From: Ignavibacteriota bacterium
GTDB lineage: Bacteria > Bacteroidota > Ignavibacteria > Palsa-1295
Assembly: GCA_963787835.1 (NCBI GenBank)
Contig: CAWBEI010000003.1
Coordinates: 320,001-384,000, forward strand
Length of the DNA: 64,000 nt
Reading direction: 5' to 3'
Positions 40,275-48,375 of this stretch are shown here, piece by piece. The stretch's first letter is position 1. Each line of letters opens with the position of its first letter. The translations under genes were made by a program, and so were the position numbers. The notes beneath the pieces were generated by a model. The model did no database searches, was not told the DNA's origin, and saw only the letters and a program-made list of their open reading frames with translations.

Positions 40275-40943
40275 ATGACCAGAATACTTATCGCTGATGA
40301 CCATGCGATCGTCCGGGCAGGACTGAAGCAGATCGTTCAGCAGACTTCCGATATTGTTGTGGTCGAAGAGGCGAGCAATGCCGCCGAAACGCTGGAAAAG
40401 GTTCGAAGCCTTCTGCTGAGTGACTGCGACCGCCCAAAACTCGATCTCTTATTACTCGATATTTCCATGCCCGGCAGATCGGGGCTTGATGTACTCATTG
40501 AAGTAAAGCGGGATTATCCGAATTTGCAGGTATTAGTGCTAAGTTTTCATCCCGAAGAACAGTATGCGCTCCGCATGTTGAAGGCCGGGGCTTCCGGATA
40601 CGTTACAAAAGAGAGTGCGTCGGATGAACTTATTCTTGCTATTCGCAAAGTTTCCTCCGGCGGGCGCTACATGAGCATGCAGCTTGCCGAAAAATTGGTG
40701 TTTGGGATGGTTGAGGATGGCCAGGTCCTTCCGCACGAGGCGTTATCGAATCGCGAATTCCAGGTATTCCGGTTAATAGCTTCGGGGAAAACTATCAAAG
40801 AGATCGGGGAGCAATTGTCACTGTCCGTCAAAACCATTTCTACGAATCGAACGCGCGTAATGGAAAAAATGGGTATTCACAACAACTCAGAAATGACACA
40901 ATATGCAATTGCCCACAATTTACTTGATGGTATGAGTGATTAA
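40275..40943 (+). CDS. NarL/FixJ (UvrY/GacA-like) response regulator with no adjacent kinase
   Basis: ADDHAIVRAG, DISMPG, GASGYVTK, LSNREFQV...LSVKTIST LuxR-type HTH. Confidence 0.93.
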   Translation: MTRILIADDHAIVRAGLKQIVQQTSDIVVVEEASNAAETLEKVRSLLLSDCDRPKLDLLLLDISMPGRSGLDVLIEVKRDYPNLQVLVLSFHPEEQYALRMLKAGASGYVTKESASDELILAIRKVSSGGRYMSMQLAEKLVFGMVEDGQVLPHEALSNREFQVFRLIASGKTIKEIGEQLSLSVKTISTNRTRVMEKMGIHNNSEMTQYAIAHNLLDGMSD

Positions 40944-41049
40944 AATGAATTTGCTTTTAGCAATGTAGTCTAATGTCCTACATATAATTGCTATTACTCC
41001 TACAAAAAATACGTCCATTCGCCTATTGTGTCTAATGAGGGAAATTCCG

Positions 41050-41057
41050 TAAGTTTG
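41050..41057 (+). promoter_or_regulatory. TAnnTTTG promoter with upstream phased palindromic sites (40963-41025)
   Basis: TAAGTTTG; ATGTAG-N9-CTACAT palindrome and TCCTACA repeated at 22 bp spacing. Confidence 0.55.
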
Positions 41058-41061
41058 TATC

Positions 41062-41193
41062 GAGAAAAACGTCAAGCTTATTGAAATGGCCGGATCTTGA
41101 GACCGACCATTTTTACAAGATTTTTCTCTCCCACATATTGACGGACCAGGCCCCGGGGCTACTCTCGTAAGAGAGAACCGGGGTCTTTTTTTT
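41062..41193 (+). ncRNA. Candidate structured small RNA
   Basis: Lies between a promoter motif and a terminator, has no ORF and contains several complementary segments. Confidence 0.5.
41148..41193 (+). terminator. Rho-independent terminator
   Basis: AGGCCCCGG...CTCTC-gtaa-GAGAG...CCGGGGTCT followed by a T run. Confidence 0.8.
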
Positions 41194-41248
41194 AAAAGCC
41201 CGTCCCGAAGGTCTTTCGAACCTATATCCGATTTAATCGCCGCTATTC

Positions 41249-41524
41249 TTAGCTTTTGGCCGACTTGATAGGTGTAAAACTCATCCGGTATCCGAGCAGG
41301 GAAAGGATCTGGATCAGCTTATCCAGCGAGAAATGCCGCCGTTTGGCCAGCACGTTCGATAGCGTCCCGCTATCGATACCCATTTGCTTGCAGATACGAT
41401 AGCGCGAAATACCTGTTTTATCGTTAGCCTGATCGAGCAGATCTCTCAGGTCGTCCCTGTAATCCCGAATGGATTCAAGCCCATTTGCATCGCTTGCATC
41501 AATGTTCATTTCTTGGTCGTTCAT
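41249..41524 (-). CDS. XRE/Cro-family helix-turn-helix protein
   Basis: GISRYRICKQMGIDSGTLSNVL....FSLDKLIQILSLLG. Confidence 0.8.
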   Translation of the reverse strand: MNDQEMNIDASDANGLESIRDYRDDLRDLLDQANDKTGISRYRICKQMGIDSGTLSNVLAKRRHFSLDKLIQILSLLGYRMSFTPIKSAKS

Positions 41525-41766
41525 AGTATAGGTCTTCTATTCTTTGCTTTTCTTTCCACAAGGCATCGGTACCGTGCGGAGATTGAGCTAATTTCGCTCC
41601 AGTTTCAGTATTTTCCGCCCCATTGGCAGATCGAAAGCTGAACGCAGCTCTCCGAATGGTATTCTTAACAACAAGCTTGTCATAAAAAAGCCCATTTTTT
41701 TGCCCAGTGAAAATGAATCTGATTCATTATTCTTTTCTACATTAAAACTATGCCGAGCTTTAAAAC

Positions 41767-41797
41767 AGAAAGGGCTTCTCAAAGAGAAGCCCTTTCT
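41767..41797 (-). terminator. Rho-independent terminator of the 41817-44753 gene
   Basis: AGAAAGGGCTTCTC-aaa-GAGAAGCCCTTTCT perfect 14 bp stem. Confidence 0.85.
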
Positions 41798-41816
41798 TCA
41801 AAAGAAATAGTACGTT

Positions 41817-44753
41817 TTATTTCAGAATGACCATCTGACGCGTAAGCGTTGTACCGCCCGCATTCATCTGATAATAATAGGTGCCGCTCGCAAGACCATC
41901 AGCCTTGATCGTAACACCATAGGTACCGGCATCGAAATGCTGATTCAGCACCGTCTGAACGACCTGGCCTTCAACATTAATAATGTTCAGGTTGACCATT
42001 CCATCGGTGGGAAGCGTGATCGAGAGCTCGCTCGATCCGGAGAATGGATTCGGATAATTCTGATCGAGGCTATACCCGTTCGATTCAGCTACTTCTGCAA
42101 CACCCGCGGTCGTGGCATTTCCGGTAAGCACCACATTCGCAGCCGGAAGCGAGGTTCCAACTGACGTTGGGAACCCAACCGTTTGCGTGGCCGTCGTTGC
42201 CGAAGTCGGCGTAAAGGTAAACATCAGTTGTGCGCTCGTTCCGGGGGCGATCGTGGTTGCACCGCTTACATACGTAAATGGCAGTGTAACCACCGGCGTA
42301 CCGGTTGTCCATTCGCAGCTTCCGGAGTTCGTTACCGTGGCAGCGAATGGTTGCGAGGTCGTATTCACAGTGGTGAGCAGGGATGTTCCTGTTCCATTGA
42401 TCGTCGCCGCACCGCCATTGGCGGAAAGATTGAACGTATGTCCTTCGCCGTTCGTGATGGCTAAGGTTGCGGTTTCTGCGGTGTTGGTCGTCGGTACGAA
42501 TTTCACCAGGAAGGTCGCAATGTCACTCGGTTGTTCTATACCCGATGATGCCGGCGATACGCTGAAATCTGCTGCATTCGTTCCGCCGGAAATTGCGGCA
42601 GAATACGACTCCGGAACATTCCCGGTATTCGTGATCGAGATCGTTTCGAATCCGCTATCGCCAATGCAGGTGTTTGCTGCGAACGGCGTGACCACGATAC
42701 CGGTATCGCGAATTGCCTGACCGAAGACAGCAAGCGGAAGTGTTGCGCTCAGTGGCGTTTCATTGCTGGTCGCCGTTGCAGTCAAAAGAGCAGCTTCGGC
42801 GCCCTTCGCACTTGGGGTAGCGCAGACCTTGAAGGTCTGATGGCTCTGGGCAGCCAGCACGAACGGCACTGGCGGATTCAACGTCGCATCGAAGTCCGTT
42901 CCATTGGCGCCCGTGATCGTCACATAGGTGACGGTCAGATTGGCAGCTCCGGTATTCCAGAACGTGTCAGTTACGCAGGCGGTATTACCGATAAGCGCAT
43001 TGCCATTCGTCGATGGCCCCGTGATCGTGAGATCACCACTCGGAACACCAGTACCCACGAAGTTCACGACGAATGAACTCGTGTCATGTGGTGGTGTGGT
43101 CTGCGTGAGCGGGATATCTGTTTTGATCTGCAGCGAAGCCAAACGGTACCCCTGCTGAAGCGGCGTAAAGCAGACCTGTATGTTCTGCGAACCACCCGGC
43201 GGGATCAGAGTATCGGCACCTTTTAATGGAGTAAGGCTGAAATCGTAATCGGCATTCTTAAAATAATTGCTTGTGATCGCGATCGTGTCTGAACCAGGGT
43301 TCGACAACACCACGGTCAGGCAGGTATCGTCCCCTAATTTGACGGAGTCGAAATTGACCGTGATGGGATTCGGATACAAATTATTGATCGAAAGATGTGG
43401 CAGAATACCTACGCCATTCATAGTGACGGTATCCCACGGCACAACGATCGGCGCATTGGAATGGATGATCAGGTGCGCATCCGGCTCTCCCTCCAGATCC
43501 GGAGTGAATGTTACTCCGATGGAATCGATCCCGCCCGGAGGGATCGGCCCGGCAGGCAGGTGGGAGATGGAATATGCACTTGCATCGAGTCCGATAAAGC
43601 TGGCACTTATGATCTTAAGCGCCACGCCACCGGTCGAGTTTACATACAAATATTTCGGAGCGGAGGTCTTGGTCACTTCCGTGTACTGTCCTCGGAACAT
43701 ATTCGTTGCGCTGTAGGAAACGGATGAAACGATTCCCTGCCCGTAGAGCGTATCCGTTATAATTGCGGGAAGTGCATTCGACGAATAGGAAAGATAGGCC
43801 GAGCGAGCGCCGGGGGCCGTAGGTGCATACATGATACCCACGGAATCTTTTCCGCCCGCCGGAATAACGGAAGGCGCGCGAACGACCGAGAAATCATTCG
43901 GATCTAATCCACTAAACACATAATTGCCGATCGTGATCGGGGTCGCGTTAGAGTTCGAAAGCGTGGTATAATACGGCCCATCGGACGCGCCCACAGGAAC
44001 GGTTCCGAAATTGATCGTCGTCGGCCCGTTCACCGTAAGAATAGGATGATGTACGTTGGTCACCACGATGTTCGTGAACGCGACGTTCTCGCAATACATG
44101 AAACCGTAGTAGCAATAGCCGCCATTATCGGCAACCCGGAAATCAAGCTGCGTGGTGCTTCCGCCATTGGGTACATAGACATGGAAATGTCTCCAATACT
44201 GACTGCTCGTGTATTCATCCGGATCCGTGAATGGACCGCCTGTATAGAAGGTGTTGCCATTTGCATCGACGCAATCGCCTGGCGATTTCTTGGTAAGAAG
44301 CGCCGTCGTTCCTTCTAACACCTCGACCTGATCTTCCTGATAGGGGCTCAGATAGGTCTGATAATAGCCTTCCGGGAACCAGAGATCAAAATCGACGTAC
44401 AACGAATCCGTCGCCGGGAACGACCCGGTGCTGATGTTCGGCGTGTACATATTGATCTTTCCATCGTTAAATCCGGTATAGCACCCGGGCTGATAGGTGT
44501 AGGCGGTCGCAGCAACAGCCGAACCATAATTGCCGCCATAGCCGCCGTTACCGCCGCCGCTTTCGTACCAGCCGCCGTAATAATAATTGTATTCACCCTG
44601 ATAATCAACCGTCCACCCATTAGGCGGGAATGATTCTTCTTGAGTGAAGCTCTCGGAGAGCAGCGTAGTGATCGTGGTCTGCGCGTGGGACGCAAACGGA
44701 AGAAGGAACAACGCGACGAACGCCGCGAATGAAGCAAAGAAGCGAGTTTTCAT
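41817..44753 (-). CDS. T9SS-secreted protein with tandem choice-of-anchor D / ASPM-type Ig domains
   Basis: Signal peptide ASHA-Q; INFGTV, VNFDSV repeats; C-terminal LDQNYPNPF...LASGTYYYQM....TRQMVILK. Confidence 0.85.
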   Translation of the reverse strand: MKTRFFASFAAFVALFLLPFASHAQTTITTLLSESFTQEESFPPNGWTVDYQGEYNYYYGGWYESGGGNGGYGGNYGSAVAATAYTYQPGCYTGFNDGKINMYTPNISTGSFPATDSLYVDFDLWFPEGYYQTYLSPYQEDQVEVLEGTTALLTKKSPGDCVDANGNTFYTGGPFTDPDEYTSSQYWRHFHVYVPNGGSTTQLDFRVADNGGYCYYGFMYCENVAFTNIVVTNVHHPILTVNGPTTINFGTVPVGASDGPYYTTLSNSNATPITIGNYVFSGLDPNDFSVVRAPSVIPAGGKDSVGIMYAPTAPGARSAYLSYSSNALPAIITDTLYGQGIVSSVSYSATNMFRGQYTEVTKTSAPKYLYVNSTGGVALKIISASFIGLDASAYSISHLPAGPIPPGGIDSIGVTFTPDLEGEPDAHLIIHSNAPIVVPWDTVTMNGVGILPHLSINNLYPNPITVNFDSVKLGDDTCLTVVLSNPGSDTIAITSNYFKNADYDFSLTPLKGADTLIPPGGSQNIQVCFTPLQQGYRLASLQIKTDIPLTQTTPPHDTSSFVVNFVGTGVPSGDLTITGPSTNGNALIGNTACVTDTFWNTGAANLTVTYVTITGANGTDFDATLNPPVPFVLAAQSHQTFKVCATPSAKGAEAALLTATATSNETPLSATLPLAVFGQAIRDTGIVVTPFAANTCIGDSGFETISITNTGNVPESYSAAISGGTNAADFSVSPASSGIEQPSDIATFLVKFVPTTNTAETATLAITNGEGHTFNLSANGGAATINGTGTSLLTTVNTTSQPFAATVTNSGSCEWTTGTPVVTLPFTYVSGATTIAPGTSAQLMFTFTPTSATTATQTVGFPTSVGTSLPAANVVLTGNATTAGVAEVAESNGYSLDQNYPNPFSGSSELSITLPTDGMVNLNIINVEGQVVQTVLNQHFDAGTYGVTIKADGLASGTYYYQMNAGGTTLTRQMVILK

Positions 44754-45065
44754 GGAATTATATTATTTATCACCCAAAAATGCCAGGAACTGACAAAATG
44801 AACATTCTTTTGAGCAAGCGATGAACTACAGTACTGCTCATAAATATCATCGGAATTCGATGAACATTCATACGGCAGCTCTAACGATCGAGAAATAACA
44901 GCCATGCAAAGGAACACGTATGTCATCTTCGAACATGAAGAAAAGCGAGGAACAGAGGTAGAAAACCCTGAAAATCATCTAAATTCGACGAATTTCACAA
45001 GGTTTTGATAGAGGGAAAATTCGCCGTGCAAAGGATCACGGCGTGGATTTCCCTAAATCATAATA

Positions 45066-45073
45066 CAAATATA
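45066..45073 (-). promoter_or_regulatory. TAnnTTTG promoter ahead of a ~300 nt leader
   Basis: Minus strand TATATTTG, about 310 nt upstream of the ATG at 44753. Confidence 0.55.
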
Positions 45074-45109
45074 CAACAATTTTTTATTCGTTGCTTAAAA
45101 ACCGGCCTC

Positions 45110-46135
45110 CTATCTCAGTATCACGGCTTGCCTCGTTATCCGCGCGCCGGCGCAAGAGACAGTGCAATAATAGGTGCCGCAGGGAAGGTTCTTCGTATCT
45201 ATCTCAATGGTGTGATCCCCTGCCGCCAGAGAACCGATTGAAGTAGACTGCACCAACGCGCCGGAAGCGTCCTCTATATCAATCCGAACCGTCTCTTCCG
45301 TTGGGATCGTAAGAGAAACGTGTGCGGTGCCGTTCGCCGGATTTGGATAAAAGCTCCCAAACGCAAACCCGGGCGGTGTGCTACTTTCGACAGCAGAGGA
45401 ACTTCCAGGCGTCCAGCGAATGTCGGAGTCCGGCGTGGCTGTCATATTTGAATCATAGACGTAAGCCACGAATTTCGGGGTGCTAAACCCGTTCAGCCCA
45501 ATACCACAAAGGATGGCCGGCTGAGCCTCGAATGAGCTTTTATGCGTTTGATAAATGAACTCGATCACTCCAGTCGTTTCATAAAATTTCACCTGCACCA
45601 TGTTCGCATTTCCTCCGGTACCACCACCGCCACCACCGCCGCCGCCGCCAGATCAGGTGCCCGGCATGTGCATGAAATGATACTGAACGGTCAGCACCCG
45701 ATTGGGCGCGGTACCATCTACCTCATAAAAATCGGAATCGGATGGCACCGCATGTCCCGTACCCTCCACCACTAAGCCATTAAAGACGCAGACCAGGCCG
45801 GGATGGGATGCGCTATCAAGCTCTTCGGCAAATGGAGTGGTGTCCTGCGAAAGTGAAATACAACCGCTCGAGCCGATCTCGATCTTCGAACCAGCTTTAA
45901 CGATGGAATCGTCATAAGGAAAATCGAACGGCATCGTGATCGTACCATGCCCCTGATCGATATTACTATATCGAAAGGTATCGCCAGTCATAGAAATATC
46001 GGTCCATGTGGCCAGAAATGGGGTTACATTGTAATGGTCCACGCGGGAGGTGGTTTGCGCGGTGGTGAGGTTTACGTGCGCTGCTATGAAGATCATGGCG
46101 CATATCGCACAGAATAATTTATTCCAAATGCTCAT
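45110..46135 (-). pseudogene. T9SS-secreted protein interrupted by one in-frame TGA (45655-45653)
   Basis: ORFs 45653-46135 (signal peptide, MPFDFPY, GTAPNRVLTVQY) and 45110-45601 (QVKFYETTG, FYPNP...LPCGTYY C-terminal domain) are in the same frame, joined by TGA-SGGGGGGGGGGTGGNAN. Confidence 0.8.
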
Positions 46136-46332
46136 TGAAGTACGTGTTGGAGGTGAAAAGGATTATCATAGGGGCGAATCCGGGGGTGGAAATAGAGAAT
46201 TAATAAACACACACATGCAGATGCTCGTTCAGCGTTCTTTGGGACCGTTATAGGCCTTATTACAATTTACGCAGGGACTGAGCATTTATCCTGATTTTAT
46301 TGTTAGCGGAACACTTGTATTTTTGAAGCTCT

Positions 46333-47303
46333 ATGAACCGAATAGCAATTGTGACCAGCGGCGGCGATGCGCCGGGAATGAACGCGGCCATCCGGGCTGT
46401 CGTGCGGGCGGGAAGTGACAAAGAAATGAAGATGTTCGGCGTTCGCAATGGCTACGATGGCCTGCTCGCCGGGTCGTTTGTCAAGCTGCTTGCACGGGAC
46501 GTCGGCGGCGTGATCCAGCAAGGCGGTACCTTCCTCGGCAGCGCGCGCAGCGAGGAATTTAAAAAGCCGCAGCACGCGAGCATGCCCTGCGGAACCTCGA
46601 AGAGAATAAGATCGACGCACTTGTGATTATCGGCGGAAATGGCTCGCAGGTCGGCGCGTGGGAGCTATCGAAGCTTGGATTCCCAGTGGTAGGGATCGCC
46701 TCCACGATCGATAACGATCTCTATGGTTCGGACGTCACGCTGGGGGTCGATACTGCAACCAACATCGCGCTGGAAGCCATCGATCGTTTGAAAGTAACGG
46801 CATCCTCGCACCGGCGCGCCGTGCTTGTTGAAGTGATGGGCCGTCAATGCGGGTATCTTGCGCTGGTATGTGGCATTGCCGGCGGCGCGGAAACGGTCGT
46901 CATCCCGGAAGTAGAGATGGATCCGAACGACGTGGCGCACGATATTCTAAGCGCCTATCGCCGAGGAAAGAACCATGCCCTTGTGGTAGTTGCCGAAGGA
47001 GCCAAATACAACGCCAATGCACTTACCCAGGCTATTTCAGAGCACCCGGACATGTTCGGATTTACGATCCGTACTACTATTTTGGGGCATGTGCAGCGCG
47101 GCGGAGTTCCCAGCGCATCCGACCGTATCCTTGCGGCCCGCTTTGGTGTCGCGGCAATCGACCGGCTGGCGGAAGAACGGCACGGGATTCTCATTGGTGT
47201 TCACAATGGCGCGATCATCGATACGCCGCTTTCCGAAGTCGTCAGCCACAAAAAAGAATTAGACCTCAACTTGCTTCAATTAGCAAAAGTGCTGGCAACA
47301 TAA
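46333..47303 (+). pseudogene. pfkA: ATP-dependent 6-phosphofructokinase, frameshifted at the A run 46561-46565 (probable single-base deletion or assembly error)
   Basis: TSGGDAPGMN, GGTFLGSAR in frame 1; IDALVIIGGNGS, TIDND, VEVMGR, LGHVQRGG in the -1 frame. Confidence 0.9.
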
Positions 47304-47743
47304 TGGTTTCCGGTGATACGCTGATCGGGATTTTCAAACTTGCGAAAGCATCCATTTTCCTCGTGGTATCATTAAGCGCTATTTCCTTATTAGATGCGAA
47401 AATTCGGGTTGATGCCACGGTGTTTGTCACCCATCTTAGTGGCGATTCTCATTTCCGCTTGCTACGAACCGCTGCCAGATTTATCGGTGTTGCCAACGAG
47501 CGGGGTATCGCAGTCTTAAGCATTGGCTCATTTTTTTATGCCTCGTTATTCGCAACAGAAGGCGTGGGATTGTTACTTCAAAAACGCTGGGCTGAATATT
47601 TCACATCCATTGTAACGGCCTCATTTCTTCCGCTGGAGCTCTATGAGATCGCTCGAAAGCCGGATCTAATCAAGATCGTAATTTTTGTGATAAATGTTGC
47701 CGTATTGGTCTACCTCGTTTGGCAGCTCTATAACAAAAAATAA
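47303..47743 (+). CDS. DUF2127-family membrane protein
   Basis: LIGIFKLAK, YASLFATEGVGLLLQKRWAEY, FLPLELYE, INVAVLVYL; ATG overlaps the pfkA stop. Confidence 0.85.
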   Translation: MVSGDTLIGIFKLAKASIFLVVSLSAISLLDAKIRVDATVFVTHLSGDSHFRLLRTAARFIGVANERGIAVLSIGSFFYASLFATEGVGLLLQKRWAEYFTSIVTASFLPLELYEIARKPDLIKIVIFVINVAVLVYLVWQLYNKK

Positions 47744-47781
47744 CTCTTCCAAAAATGCTCAATCCATTTTGATAAAACACA

Positions 47782-47816
47782 AATGCGTAACGAGTGACAT
47801 TCACTCGTTACGCATT
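47782..47816. terminator. Hairpin between convergent genes (bidirectional terminator)
   Basis: AATGCGTAACGAGTGA-cat-TCACTCGTTACGCATT perfect 16 bp stem. Confidence 0.75.
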
Positions 47817-47833
47817 GCAAATGTTGCTATCGA

Positions 47834-48301
47834 TCAGAATGGAAGATCGTCCACAGGAGCGTCCTGCGGCTCGTATTCGGGAGCCGAAGCTGTGCTGGCT
47901 GCAGGAGCAGAGGATGAAACTTGACGTGAATTTGGTCGTTCCCCGCCGGAATTTGAGCCAGCACCGCCATCAAGAAGGATCAGATCGTTCGCTACGATCT
48001 CGGTCGTGTACCGCTTATTTCCATCCTTATCGTCCCAGGAGCGCGTTTGGATACGCCCTTCCACATACACACGCTTTCCCTTCTTAACATACTCGCCACA
48101 GATCTCGGCCAGGCGTTCCCACGCAACGATGTTATGCCACTCGGTTTGTTCATGCAACTGACCGCTGTTCTTATCTTTCCAAGATGAATCCGTTGCAATA
48201 GAAAAAGATGCAACGGGTTTTCCTGCCCCCGTATAACGAATTTCCGCGTCCTTACCGGCGCGGCCAATGAGTATTGCTTTGTTGAGACTTTTATCTGCCA
48301 T
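47834..48301 (-). CDS. ssb: Single-stranded DNA-binding protein
   Basis: LNKAILIGR, TEWHNIV, VYVEGRIQTRSW, C-terminal DDLPF. Confidence 0.97.
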   Translation of the reverse strand: MADKSLNKAILIGRAGKDAEIRYTGAGKPVASFSIATDSSWKDKNSGQLHEQTEWHNIVAWERLAEICGEYVKKGKRVYVEGRIQTRSWDDKDGNKRYTTEIVANDLILLDGGAGSNSGGERPNSRQVSSSAPAASTASAPEYEPQDAPVDDLPF

Positions 48302-48375
48302 AATGTATTGTTCTTGAATGGGTGCCTATGAATATTTTACCAATATACGGCGAAAAAACAGTAATGTCACAAAAC

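Noticed and set aside
45653-45655. Selenocysteine or alternative genetic code
   Set aside because: No SECIS-like hairpin or redox motif, and TGA terminates clear genes such as hinT, pssA and purS.
46847-47302. 298 aa ORF 46847-47743
   Set aside because: The first half overlaps pfkA out of frame; the real DUF2127 gene starts at ATG 47303.
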